A DNA stretch of 64,000 bases from Klebsiella phage Miami. The notes beneath the pieces were generated by a model. It was not told the DNA's origin and did not search any database. It saw only the letters and a program-made list of their open reading frames with translations. A program made the translations under genes and the position numbers. The stretch is from sequence record MT701590.1; one strand, written 5' to 3'. Positions 30,027-40,141 of this stretch are shown here, one piece after another. Each line of letters starts with the position of its first letter. Position 1 is the first letter of the stretch.

Positions 30027-30887
30027 CTAGATCCGACTTGGGACAGCGTTTCTGATGGCGTTGTATCTCCGATCCGGGTCAGAATACGTCATGAGTTTTA
30101 TCCAGCGAGTTTTAAACAATTCCTCGTACTGGTTAAGACTATCACGGTATTCGGCGATATCGTCACGGATAATATCAACCTGAACACCAGAACGAGCTAC
30201 GCCTTCGTCGACTTTGTACCGAACAGTTTTCCAAATGTAGTTCTTGGTCATCAGGATAACTAAGTCGCCGAACAGATCGTAAGCTCTTCGATGGATCGTG
30301 GATAAACCATCGTCGTAACTCAGGATAAGTTTACCTGTCAGGGAGAACACCCCACTCGGCGCTCCATGAATCACAAACGAGTTATTCCCGACGAGGGTTA
30401 TGTTCGTGAACGTCTGGGGGATTTCTCGGTTGGGTAACATCCCGTTGATCATGGAGTTCAGTGCGTCGTTGACAGTACCTACCCCGCAGGAGTCGGCATT
30501 GCCAAGTACGCTCATGATCCCACTGGAGGAATTCATCGCCCCCTGATAAACTTCCACAACCGAAATAATTTTCCGGCCGCCCGTCAGGAAATCAGGGACG
30601 TTAACCAGCTCCATCCCTTGGCCGAGATGTTCAATCCGAGATCCGGTTAAATCAATCAGCTCCGTCACCCCACCCTGGACATTACACCGGGGTAGGATGA
30701 TCGCATGTATAATTTTTTCTCGAATGCCTTGCTGAACGGTGGTCTGCGCGTACTGGTTATACCAGTTCCCGGTCAGATTCCCGTTAGGGTTCGAGAACGC
30801 AAGCTCCAACAGGTACTCAGGGATGTCACTCCCGTTGAGAACTTTGTTGATCGCGTAGTCCACGCAGTTCATAATCAACTCCCACAC
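30027..30887 (-). CDS. hypothetical protein (286 aa)
   Basis: ORF; its start faces the large non-coding region. Confidence 0.5.
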   Translation of the reverse strand: MWELIMNCVDYAINKVLNGSDIPEYLLELAFSNPNGNLTGNWYNQYAQTTVQQGIREKIIHAIILPRCNVQGGVTELIDLTGSRIEHLGQGMELVNVPDFLTGGRKIISVVEVYQGAMNSSSGIMSVLGNADSCGVGTVNDALNSMINGMLPNREIPQTFTNITLVGNNSFVIHGAPSGVFSLTGKLILSYDDGLSTIHRRAYDLFGDLVILMTKNYIWKTVRYKVDEGVARSGVQVDIIRDDIAEYRDSLNQYEELFKTRWIKLMTYSDPDRRYNAIRNAVPSRI

Positions 30888-31209
30888 TGAGTTTCGGGAC
30901 TGGAGAAATTTCCGTCTCGATAAAAATTCAACTGAGAATTTTTACTCTGGGGTTTTCGGCGGTTATAATATTTCACTGCGGGAATTTAAAAACTCAACGG
31001 GTTTACGATCCCGTATGTTTTTGAGTTTTATTTCCCGTATAAAATACTCCGTGCCGTAAGACAACACCCCACAGAAAAAACCTCGCCTCCGGAAAAAATT
31101 CCTCGAAGGCGAGTTGCCATGATCTCACTCGAGCAAGAATCAATCCGACATACAATCCCAAGTGCTCCGATTTTTTTCTTCGGAATTTTGGTCGTTGGTA
31201 AATTTTTAC

Positions 31210-31640
31210 ATACAAATCTATTTTATATTTGTATTTTTCGCGTGCGCGGATATTCTAAATTTTCAAAGATAATCTAAAACCGATTCCGGTTCTGGGTTTT
31301 TATTTTTTCTGTGTTTTGATTTTCCAAATCCAATTTTCAAAAATCTAAATCTAAAAAATCTAAAATTTTAATACTCAAAAATCCAATTTTCCTAGGGGTC
31401 CTTATTACGCGTGCGTACGCCCGCACGCATATAAAAAATAAATATAATACGTAGTATTATATTTTCATTTGGTTTTATATTTTTAATTTATTAAAAATAT
31501 ATTAATATAAATTATTATAAATATTTTTATTAGTTTGTTTTTATAAAATATATATAAATATATATTTATATATATTTATATTCATTAGGCGCGCGCCAGC
31601 GCGTGTGTGCATGTGCGTGCGCGCACGCGTAATAGAGAAG
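31210..31640. other. candidate replication origin / major regulatory region
   Basis: Contains: a 13-mer aaatccaattttc twice (31326-38, 31379-91); three aaatctaaa repeats (31341-66); a GC hairpin gcgtgcg tacgcc cgcacgc (31409-28); a 10-bp inverted repeat aatataatac gta gtattatatt (31441-63); a ~160-bp nearly pure AT island (31431-31587); palindrome ggcgcgcgcc (31588-97); a 33-nt strictly alternating purine-pyrimidine GC-rich tract (31599-31631). Confidence 0.4.
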
Positions 31641-32035
31641 GGGTTATAAAAATACAAGATTGACCCTGAGAGATTATCCAGAAAAAATCACACAGAGTAA
31701 AAATATTAACCGGAATGATTTTGAGAAGATTTAATACTCAACCTAGGAATTCGTATCAGTCGGATGAAAAAACGTTTTAGAAATCGATACAGGAATTTTT
31801 AGAGGGTATCCCGATCGAGTTCTCAGGAAAGATTATTCGGAGAATAAAAATATTTTAATCAAGATAATTAATTTTTACGGTAAGTTAGATTTATCGAGAC
31901 GAGAAGATTTAATCACAAAGTAATTTCTTACGGAGTAAATAATCTTCTGAACAGGACCGAGATCTCGAATAGCCAGATGGAAATTATCCATCCATTCGAA
32001 AGTTAACCTGAATTATCCCTAAGAGGCGATATCCT

Positions 32036-32770
32036 ATGCAACCAGCTAACCCATGGAAAAACAACAAGCACGTTAAATCACAAGACTCAGCAAGTGTTGA
32101 TCGTTACGAATCCCTGTTACAAGAATTACCTGATGCGTTGAATGCAACCCCTCGAGATCCCGGATATCTTATAGCGACTAAAAAGATTTTATTAGTCCTG
32201 GAAATGTCTGAAGGAACCCGACTGACCGTTCGCAACGTGATGGAAAATCCAGACATGATTCGTAAGGTCCACGAGTTGCTGGTGGAGTTAGGCTGGAAGC
32301 AAGCGATTAGCCGAGGGACTCAGGTTTTCGTCACTCACCAGGATTTAATTAAACCGAGTATCTACCGCTTAATCGACCTCGACGCTAATGGGATTGGTTA
32401 CGCTAACGAACTGCTGAATAATATTTTATTAGACCGTCGGTTCAGTGCTCGGGTAGACAATAACGATATTCGAATCCTCCCAGGAGACCGCAGCGCAAGT
32501 AACCCCTTTAGCCTGCTGTCGTCTAACGTCGTCAGTGGTTGGCGTAAAGCCATACGGGATTACGACAAAAACGTGACGGGTAATCTTATTGGACACATGA
32601 CGGTTGTCGGCGAAGACAATACGAATATCCCGCTTGATTTAAAACTGGTTTTCGCTCTGCTGGATTACATCGGGTGGCCAGAAATGTATTTTACTGGCGA
32701 ACAGATTTTATTGAGTAACCCCATTGGGGATTATCAGACCCTTGAGGTGAATTTCATCGACCCTGAGTAA
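32036..32770 (+). CDS. hypothetical protein (244 aa)
   Basis: ORF; first gene after the large non-coding region. Confidence 0.5.
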   Translation: MQPANPWKNNKHVKSQDSASVDRYESLLQELPDALNATPRDPGYLIATKKILLVLEMSEGTRLTVRNVMENPDMIRKVHELLVELGWKQAISRGTQVFVTHQDLIKPSIYRLIDLDANGIGYANELLNNILLDRRFSARVDNNDIRILPGDRSASNPFSLLSSNVVSGWRKAIRDYDKNVTGNLIGHMTVVGEDNTNIPLDLKLVFALLDYIGWPEMYFTGEQILLSNPIGDYQTLEVNFIDPE

Positions 32771-33760
32771 TTCCTAACGACAGAGTGATGTTATTAGTAA
32801 AGATCTTTGGACTCCCTGTTGATTAACTAGCGACCCAACCTCATCTCTTTGAACCTCCTTACCACGAGCGAGATAGCCAAAGTAGCTAGAGATTTTCAGG
32901 GGGTTCAATCCCCATTATTCGTTAATCTTATTAGACCCATTGTCCTTAGCCATGTAGCGACGGCCATTCTCCTGTGACAGACAAGTTTTTGTTCAATGGG
33001 ATAGATTAACGTTTTTCTTCACGTCGTGTTATCTGATGAGTCTTCGACGCTAAACAAGACGAAACCTAATGAATCTATTTTATTAGGTCATAATTCAACC
33101 TAAGCGTTGAACGGGCAGTTAGGGGCAATGGTCCCCGAGGTCTTCAGCTTCTTCGCCTGCCCGCACTAAAAAAGTTCTTTCATGATTAGGAGTGCCGCAC
33201 TCTACGAGCGGACAATAAGCAACCGAAAGTGGGAGAGAAAGAAGCGTGTCTGGTCGCTTGCCGGAAAGTTGGTTCAGGCGGGTTTCTTCCCAACCCAAAC
33301 GACGCTGCCCAAGATAGGGCTGCAAGTCGTATTAGCGAATTATACCGGTATGCGGGGTTTCCGCGATAAACCGGGTTAGCTACGGGTAAGAAACCGGCCG
33401 GAGTAATCAGCCTTTCGTATTCGGGTAACGTGAGTTATTGTAGAGATATCTCTGAGGGTTAGGCCAACCCCCGACGTTCTCCGAGTCCGAAGGGAAGCTT
33501 GCTCAGCTTCGTAGGAACTCCAAAATCTCAGACGGTCACACCTCGCAATCTTACGGCAGTATGATTGCCTATTCGTCCTTTGTCGCTCACCAAGGGGCGA
33601 GTAGGAAACCTCTGCCACGGCGTTTCGTTTGCCTTTTACCATTGCTTTTGTTATAACCTCTCTGTTTGAGTTGAGTGTTAACTTCCCCAAGAGTATAACC
33701 TGTTATCTCTCTCTTCGTGAGGAGTCGGAGATAATGGGGTAAATTCTTAGGAGGTTCGTT
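32771..33760 (+). ncRNA. candidate large structured non-coding RNA (about 1 kb, ORF-free, GC-enriched, helix-rich)
   Basis: Only short mutually overlapping junk ORFs on both strands. GC visibly higher than neighbouring DNA. Many local and nested helices with GNRA-type loops, e.g. gggcag..[gggg caatggt cccc]..ctgccc, gagtg ccg cactc, gaagc ttgctca gcttc, ccgg ttaat-like pairs, and palindrome gagatatctc. Confidence 0.3.
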
Positions 33761-33949
33761 ATGTACACATACCAGTATACCGTGCGATACCGAATACCTA
33801 ATTCTGTGTTTACGACTTACAGCGGAGAAATTACTTCTGACTGTTTGCTCACTAACGCTAATCGCATCTTTGACGTTTTGCGCACTGAGGTTCATAAAGC
33901 TACTAACGTTAACTCGTTTAGCATTACGAACTTTAAGCTGAAAGAATAA
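33761..33949 (+). CDS. small hypothetical protein (62 aa)
   Basis: Strong AGGAGG RBS 7 nt upstream; followed by a terminator. Confidence 0.35.
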   Translation: MYTYQYTVRYRIPNSVFTTYSGEITSDCLLTNANRIFDVLRTEVHKATNVNSFSITNFKLKE

Positions 33950-34118
33950 GTCGAGCTACGCGCTCAACCTACCTTAGGGCCGGAAGTAGTTACGACTTAG
34001 GGGGAAAGAAGAGTCGTGCCTTTAAGTACCCCAACCCCATTCGTGTGGTGATCTTTCACATCATCCCATGAATATCGCCACATCATCATTAAAGTTCTAC
34101 CATGAATTTTTATTCCTT

Positions 34119-34158
34119 CCAGTAGGGTTCGGCCCTACTGGACTTTTTTCGCGTTTTT
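34119..34158 (+). terminator. rho-independent terminator
   Basis: ccagtaggg ttcgg ccctactgg then acttttttcgcgtttttt. Confidence 0.6.
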
Positions 34159-34280
34159 TAAATCGGCAGTTGTTTAATTATGTCAGAACTAGATTTTTTC
34201 AGTTCTAAATTATTACAATGTAAAGCAAAAGATAATGCTTTCCATTCCAACTATCATAATTTCTTTTAGGAGCTAGATCA

Positions 34281-35243
34281 ATGAGTACATTACGTGTTTA
34301 CGCGTGCGGCGGTACTGGTATTAATATTGCGTCTAAATGGATTGCCACCGGTGCGAATACGCTTATTCGTAAAGCCCAGTTCATTGGACTGGATAGCAGT
34401 GAAAACAACAAACCGTATAACGACGCCTTTAAGGTCGAACGTCCTGAAGGAACTCGTGGCGGTGGCAAAGAACGTAAGCTGATCGGTAAAATCGCTGCTG
34501 GGTTTATTGACAGTATTTTGACCAAACATAAACCGGGCGATTTCAACCTGATCATCATGAACGCGGCTGGCGCTACCGGGAGTACATTCGGCCCGACTCT
34601 GATCAACCGTCTTCTCTCTCAGGGCGTTCCGGTCATTGCGCTGGTCGTAGGCGACCTGACTTCTGAACTGGAAAACTACAACACGGTTAAAACGTTTGAA
34701 AGCTTGGACAACCAGCGCATCAATCTGAACGTACCGGTTATCATCGACTACGTGGACAACGCCAAATATCCCAGCCGCGGGTTGGCTGACAAATATGCCA
34801 TCGGCCGTCTTGATATCCTGAGCCTGTTCTTAACCGACGAACATGAAGAAAGCGATTTCCAAGACATCCGGAACCTGTTCTATTACAACCAGGTTACCAA
34901 GGCGGCGCCTACTCTTGCTCGTATCGACTTCTTGACCGATACTCAGTTAGACAACGTTACTCCGGGGCTGGTTGCTGAATTTGGTTTGTATCGTAAAGCG
35001 GACGATATCGGCAGCCATATTAAAAATCTGGCATACCGTTCGACCGGCGTTATTCAGGAAGGCAGCACTAACTTCCCAGCTGGAATAGAACATCTCCACA
35101 TGGTCTTTGATCATGATGCGACGATCAAAGATATCCTGGTTCTGGTTCAGGATCTTAAAGATATCGAGATCCAAAATAACGAACGTTTTAAATCTGCCCA
35201 GCAGGTTGGAAACGGCGGCGATGATTCTGGAATGTCCTACTAA
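34281..35243 (+). CDS. phuZ: tubulin-like protein PhuZ (phage spindle tubulin)
   Basis: N-terminal VYACGGTGINIASK (GGTG nucleotide-binding loop) and tubulin signature-like MNAAGATGSTFGP (the GGGTGSG position). 320 aa, matching PhuZ (~315 aa). Confidence 0.6.
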   Translation: MSTLRVYACGGTGINIASKWIATGANTLIRKAQFIGLDSSENNKPYNDAFKVERPEGTRGGGKERKLIGKIAAGFIDSILTKHKPGDFNLIIMNAAGATGSTFGPTLINRLLSQGVPVIALVVGDLTSELENYNTVKTFESLDNQRINLNVPVIIDYVDNAKYPSRGLADKYAIGRLDILSLFLTDEHEESDFQDIRNLFYYNQVTKAAPTLARIDFLTDTQLDNVTPGLVAEFGLYRKADDIGSHIKNLAYRSTGVIQEGSTNFPAGIEHLHMVFDHDATIKDILVLVQDLKDIEIQNNERFKSAQQVGNGGDDSGMSY

Positions 35244-35253
35244 GTAAAACAAT

Positions 35254-35302
35254 ACTGCTACAGCCCTTCTATGGGGCTGTAGCAGTAGTTCTTTATTTTT
35301 TG
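35254..35302 (+). terminator. rho-independent terminator
   Basis: tactgctacagccc ttctat ggggctgtagcagta then ctttattttttg. Confidence 0.6.
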
Positions 35303-35357
35303 CATCTATCTATAGGTCTAATTAAAAAGTCGCTTATAAACCTTTACAGGAAGCTTT

Positions 35358-35663
35358 ATGATAAAAACAACCAGAGTGGTTAAAACGTTGAGTTTTCGCG
35401 AATATCATTCTGTGATACTTAATGTCGATAGTAACGTTGCTACAGCAGAAAGGTTGCTCCTCAAGGAGGCTTTAATCGAACACGGTTATCAGATCGACGA
35501 CGGGTTACCCGAGAGCTATCCTTATTATCCAGAATCACTAAGGGAATTCAGAGATATGTTGAAGACCAGTATCGGACACATGACTTTGGGAATTCCCACA
35601 AACGCCAAGGTCGAATACATCAGCCCTACACTTGGACTCTTTAATATCATTTTTACTTACTAA
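35358..35663 (+). CDS. hypothetical protein (101 aa)
   Basis: ORF. Confidence 0.4.
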   Translation: MIKTTRVVKTLSFREYHSVILNVDSNVATAERLLLKEALIEHGYQIDDGLPESYPYYPESLREFRDMLKTSIGHMTLGIPTNAKVEYISPTLGLFNIIFTY

Positions 35664-35679
35664 CAGCAGGTGAGCTAAT

Positions 35680-36252
35680 ATGTACTCAGTGGGATCGGAA
35701 TGGCTTAAGGACCAAATTTTAACATTTGGTTATTCAGTAGAAGAAACTTCCGACGGGGACCCGAAGCAGTTAACGAGTTTTATTCGACCTATTATCGATG
35801 GTGTGGTCGAAGCGTTGAATGCGGACGACCCCGATGACATCTGGGATATTATCAGACGTTTTGAGCGGGCAATGGCGGGCAACCATGCCATCGAGCACAT
35901 CTTTAACTACCTTACTACTAATGTAAGAAAGATGGCTAAACAATCTGGTTACGACCCTAGGGTTAAGTTTAGGGTCAGAGAAGTCAAAGCGGGACGTCGG
36001 ATAAATTTCATTTTTGAAATGGACCTCGACGCAACAATAGCAGCGGTTAATTCTCTTAATCAAGAAATACTCGAAGAAGAAGATCTCGATGAAATTGTTT
36101 CCGATCACCCAGGAGTTGACGTACTTCAAAAACTTGAAAACGTTAGGAAAAGGGAACTACAAGAAAAACTTAATTCCTTTACACGAAATGTACTCGGAGT
36201 TCGTGTCGTACCAGCGGGAGCTAGCAGACGTTACCTTAATAAAGGAGTCTGA
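35680..36252 (+). CDS. hypothetical protein (190 aa)
   Basis: ORF; its 3' part is overlapped by an alternative-frame ORF (36089-). Confidence 0.45.
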   Translation: MYSVGSEWLKDQILTFGYSVEETSDGDPKQLTSFIRPIIDGVVEALNADDPDDIWDIIRRFERAMAGNHAIEHIFNYLTTNVRKMAKQSGYDPRVKFRVREVKAGRRINFIFEMDLDATIAAVNSLNQEILEEEDLDEIVSDHPGVDVLQKLENVRKRELQEKLNSFTRNVLGVRVVPAGASRRYLNKGV

Positions 36253-36289
36253 TCTAGAAATCGTTTTTGGCGGATTGATACAGTACGTT

Positions 36290-36625
36290 ATGGATGAGTT
36301 CCCCTTATCTGTTCGGTGTATAACTTTTGATCAAACTTCTTTCGATAAAAGGATAGCGAGAAAACATTATTCCTCGGAAGTACTTGAGGAAATATTGGAC
36401 GCAATGAAATGTGTAATAGCTAAACATATTTATGCGCTCACTCCTAATACTTTGATTAGAAAGCCTGTGTTTTATCATCTGATTAATACTCGCGTATTGG
36501 TGATCCATATAAGTGATTACGATCTAAGAGAGCCTGACAATGCATCGTATCCTCGTTCCAGTAAAACCCATCGCGGACGCAATGACGACCTTCCAACTCC
36601 CCGAGATTGGCGCGATGACACATAA
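36290..36625 (+). CDS. hypothetical protein, boundaries uncertain
   Basis: In frame with the 36089-36625 track ORF. The last ~85 nt overlap the 36540 gene and translate to an Arg-rich junk-like tail. Confidence 0.3.
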   Translation: MDEFPLSVRCITFDQTSFDKRIARKHYSSEVLEEILDAMKCVIAKHIYALTPNTLIRKPVFYHLINTRVLVIHISDYDLREPDNASYPRSSKTHRGRNDDLPTPRDWRDDT

Positions 36626-36908
36626 CCAGTTATTAGAAATGATTGTGAAATTGAGCTTAGAAGCTCGTTTTAAATCTTACGGGCTTTCTGGTGCGATTGA
36701 TATCATCAAGGATTTAATCTACGCGTTTAAACCAAAGGATTCAGTCCCAGACATTCTATTGGGTTTTTATCTCCTCCCGGGAATGGTCGCGTTAACGGAA
36801 GAAATGACTGCGATTGAGAAAGCCAGGGATGTTTTCGGATGGGACCTTTATTGTCCTAACATGAAGTCACAACATATCGTCGTCTATGCGGGAGAACCAC
36901 GTGCCTAA
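36540..36908 (+). CDS. hypothetical protein (122 aa)
   Basis: ORF. Confidence 0.4.
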   Translation: MHRILVPVKPIADAMTTFQLPEIGAMTHNQLLEMIVKLSLEARFKSYGLSGAIDIIKDLIYAFKPKDSVPDILLGFYLLPGMVALTEEMTAIEKARDVFGWDLYCPNMKSQHIVVYAGEPRA

Positions 36909-37233
36909 GATAACTATTCAACTTGCAATACCGCCGGGAACCGATGTGGAAGGATTTGTTTCTGCATATGGTAGTCTCTTAAGAGCACATCGGGTTAAAT
37001 GTAACATCCCTAGTCAGGATGTTCAGCTTAACCATCCGTTGGAAGAAGCCCGGGAACAAATTCTGGGAGACTTCCAACGTACCAACTCCCAGCTTCAGTC
37101 GATCAGCGCTAAATACGCAGACGTCTCTGTGTCCAATGTTCTTTCAGACGGGCGCAAGATGACTATCATTTTAGCGTGCGACAAACCCAATAGTGAGTTC
37201 ATCAATGCGGATTTCTCACACCAGTCTCAATGA
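36886..37233 (+). CDS. hypothetical protein (115 aa)
   Basis: ORF overlapping the upstream gene by 23 nt. Confidence 0.4.
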   Translation: MRENHVPKITIQLAIPPGTDVEGFVSAYGSLLRAHRVKCNIPSQDVQLNHPLEEAREQILGDFQRTNSQLQSISAKYADVSVSNVLSDGRKMTIILACDKPNSEFINADFSHQSQ

Positions 37234-37522
37234 AGAAGCTTTCCTGGAGGCTATCAAACAAATTTATTTGAGAGATGACCCCCTTCCTTCTGATCAGACA
37301 ATTTACGAAGTCGTTTCCGAATGGGTTGATGATCTCTTTCAAAATGGTCATGTGGAAGAAGATGTCATTGATCTTTTTCTGGACGGACTCCCGCCTACAG
37401 AGCTTTTGAAATCTGTAACGGTGCATCCTCTTTTTAGGAAGCGGGTGGTTTATTCAGTCAATCCTTTAAATGGTATGACTGAAACTGTGGGCTTCCCCTT
37501 AATCATTCTGGAGTACGTATGA
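37193..37522 (+). CDS. hypothetical protein (109 aa)
   Basis: ORF overlapping the upstream gene. Confidence 0.4.
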   Translation: MSSSMRISHTSLNEEAFLEAIKQIYLRDDPLPSDQTIYEVVSEWVDDLFQNGHVEEDVIDLFLDGLPPTELLKSVTVHPLFRKRVVYSVNPLNGMTETVGFPLIILEYV

Positions 37523-37932
37523 CCATTAGTGTGAAGAACGGGGATATCGTTAGTTTTTCCCTGGTACAAGCAAACATCATCAACAACGATTACACCAACG
37601 TAACCGTTTTAGGCCAAGGAATGTTCGACGTTGCTCGGGGAATTGATCCGGAGCTTCGCAATAAACATTACAACCTTTATCCGTATTTCAAGGATAAAGT
37701 TAACAATGTGGACGATCCTAACTACGCGGATGGTTATCTGATCTTAAAGCTATCCAACGGTGAGCTCAGCGCAATTGGGGTGCCTTGGATCAACGAAGAT
37801 ACCTTTGAGGTCATCAGCGGAGAAACCCGTGTTTACACATTCCCTACCTGGAAAAGTAAATATGAGTCAAGTCTGCATGAGCTCTTGGCTAACCTCGGCG
37901 TCGAATATTCCTATACCAGTACCAAAAAATAA
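37519..37932 (+). CDS. hypothetical protein (137 aa)
   Basis: ATGA overlap to the upstream gene; terminator downstream. Confidence 0.45.
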   Translation: MTISVKNGDIVSFSLVQANIINNDYTNVTVLGQGMFDVARGIDPELRNKHYNLYPYFKDKVNNVDDPNYADGYLILKLSNGELSAIGVPWINEDTFEVISGETRVYTFPTWKSKYESSLHELLANLGVEYSYTSTKK

Positions 37933-37935
37933 ACC

Positions 37936-37990
37936 GTTACTCTCATCCCATTAGGGATGAGAGTAACCTCTTTTATTATTATTTTTTTAT
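37936..37990 (+). terminator. rho-independent terminator
   Basis: gttactctcatccc atta gggatgagagtaac then a T-rich run. Confidence 0.6.
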
Positions 37991-38051
37991 TGTCATTCCT
38001 TTTTATTAGACGAAAACAATTTTAAATTTTAAAGTGAAACGGAGCTTAAAG

Positions 38052-40136
38052 ATGACTGAGACTTTTTTAAGTCCGTTTGTTGATGACGATTACAGTGCCG
38101 ATAGGAATATCGTTAAACACTATCATGAACAAATGGCTTTGTATCTTGGTAAAAAGCGCAATGAAGATCCTAAAGCTATTTACGAAGTACTTTCTAAACA
38201 CATCCAGCCCAATCAAAACGGTTATAAAGATCGTCGTATGCAGGTTTTAGTAAAAAACAAGTACGGCGATAGAGAAGTTAAAGTCATGACGGCGTCTAAT
38301 TTCTTTAATGAAGTTAGACGTCAGAACTGCCATCTTAGTCCTAGTATGGTTGCTTACAAGAACACTGAAGAAGAGCAATCCGTTAACGCGATAGGAACAG
38401 AAAAATTTCTTAGCCTTCGGTCCCACTATAAAGGGTTAAAACAAAAGGCCAGTGACGAAGGTGATGAATGGGGTAAGAAGGCTTTCCACGAAATTCAAAA
38501 CGCCTTGAAAATATTCAACAACGCCCAATCAGGCGCAATGTCATCCCGTGGGACTCCTCTTGTTAATAAGTCAGGTCATACTGCTCTGACTAGTGCTTGC
38601 CGTGCTTTGACCAGTACCGCTAACATGTGTAATGAAAAGTTATTGGTTGGTAACCGATTCTTTAACTCGTACGAGCGAACGATGGAGAACTTACTGTCGT
38701 TACTCTCGGTTACTGATATGAAGCGAATGGACGAAGTCATCAAGAAACTGAAGATGAACTACGCGACCATAGACCAAGTTATGGAAATGGTCAAACGTTG
38801 TTCTCGTCGGTATTGGAGAGACGTTAAACAACTCGGTTACATTAAAGAGTTTTTGGAGCAACTTCGTCCGGTTGAATTAACGGCTTTGCTTTGCAATATG
38901 GATATCGAGGGATTGAGGGTTACGAATAAAGAAATCCTTTATAAATTCTTTGATGACTTCTCTCACATACCAGAAGTTCCAGAAGGCGCTAAAGCTGAAG
39001 ATTATACTCCGCCTGATAACGGGGACCGATACACACTTTGTGTTTCTAAACTCTTAGCGAAACCAAGCAAAGTTCAGTTAAACTTTTTAAACCAGTATCA
39101 TCTGGAAATGGAACATAAATGGAAAGACTTTATTGAAGTCTTCTTTAAATGCTCCATTCCTCCATCGGGCATTTATGAAATCAGGGATATGATCCGAGAG
39201 GTAGTTCAAACCTCAGATACCGATTCCTCGATTTACACCGTAGATAAAGTCGTAGAGGATTACACCGACGAAAAAGGACAATCGTTGAGATTGAATGGGG
39301 TTCTTACTTACTTCATTCGAATGATAGCGGTTCATCAGCACGCTCAGTTAAGTGAAAACATGAACGTTGCTAAACGCTACCGTAATCGTCTGACGATGAA
39401 GAACGAGTACTTGTTTGGAGGATATGTTACAACATTAATGTCAAAACACTATTTTGCCACACAGCTGATGGTAGAAGGGGTATTGAATAAAAATGTTGAA
39501 ATGGAAATTAAGGGTGTACACTTAAGGAGTTCTAAAGTAGCTCATGAGATAAAGGATTTTGCACACAAACTCATGAGGGAGATATTGGATTGTATCTATG
39601 ACAAACGTCAAATGGATGCAGCCGATATTCTCTTTAGAGCAGCAGAGTTAGAAAGGGCCATCATTAAGGATATCAACGAAGGCCAATGGGGTTGGTTAAC
39701 ACGCAACACGATAAAGAGTGACGACGTGTACACATTGCCGGATCAATCAGTGTATCAATACCACTTACTCTGGGAGGAAGTGTTCTCCCCTAAATACGGA
39801 CACGCTCCACCACCACCCTATTCTGCTATGAAAGTCAACCTTGATTTAGGTAATAAAGGTAAGGTCGAAGAGTTTTGTAAGAATCTGGAAGATAGAGAAC
39901 TTGCAAATCGTTTATTAGATTTCTTCGTTAAGAAAGAGAAAAAAGAAATCAGTACGTTCTTTGTTCCTGCTGACGTATTACCAAGATTAGGTAAGTTACC
40001 CGATGAAGTTATTAAAGCCGCGGATATCCGACAGATCATTAAACAGAACTTAAAATCCGTTTATGCTGTGTTGGAAGCTTGTGGGTTGTATATTGTTAAC
40101 GATAAAATAACGCGTTTAATTAGTGACGAGCATTAA
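38052..40136 (+). CDS. hypothetical large protein (694 aa)
   Basis: ATG at 38052 after a GGAG RBS. Confidence 0.55.
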   Translation: MTETFLSPFVDDDYSADRNIVKHYHEQMALYLGKKRNEDPKAIYEVLSKHIQPNQNGYKDRRMQVLVKNKYGDREVKVMTASNFFNEVRRQNCHLSPSMVAYKNTEEEQSVNAIGTEKFLSLRSHYKGLKQKASDEGDEWGKKAFHEIQNALKIFNNAQSGAMSSRGTPLVNKSGHTALTSACRALTSTANMCNEKLLVGNRFFNSYERTMENLLSLLSVTDMKRMDEVIKKLKMNYATIDQVMEMVKRCSRRYWRDVKQLGYIKEFLEQLRPVELTALLCNMDIEGLRVTNKEILYKFFDDFSHIPEVPEGAKAEDYTPPDNGDRYTLCVSKLLAKPSKVQLNFLNQYHLEMEHKWKDFIEVFFKCSIPPSGIYEIRDMIREVVQTSDTDSSIYTVDKVVEDYTDEKGQSLRLNGVLTYFIRMIAVHQHAQLSENMNVAKRYRNRLTMKNEYLFGGYVTTLMSKHYFATQLMVEGVLNKNVEMEIKGVHLRSSKVAHEIKDFAHKLMREILDCIYDKRQMDAADILFRAAELERAIIKDINEGQWGWLTRNTIKSDDVYTLPDQSVYQYHLLWEEVFSPKYGHAPPPPYSAMKVNLDLGNKGKVEEFCKNLEDRELANRLLDFFVKKEKKEISTFFVPADVLPRLGKLPDEVIKAADIRQIIKQNLKSVYAVLEACGLYIVNDKITRLISDEH

Positions 40137-40141
40137 ACCCT

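Noticed and set aside
32890-32925. tRNA-like T-arm candidate agggggttcaatccccat
   Set aside because: Stem pairs only 3-4 bp with a non-canonical loop length, and no matching acceptor stem or anticodon arm could be built. Not called as tRNA.
32771-33760. Group I or group II intron in the 1-kb non-coding region
   Set aside because: No P7 R/S signature (gacta/tagtc with flanking conserved bases), no GUGYG 5' end or domain-V-like AGC..GAAA..helix was found, and no flanking exons of a split gene are present.
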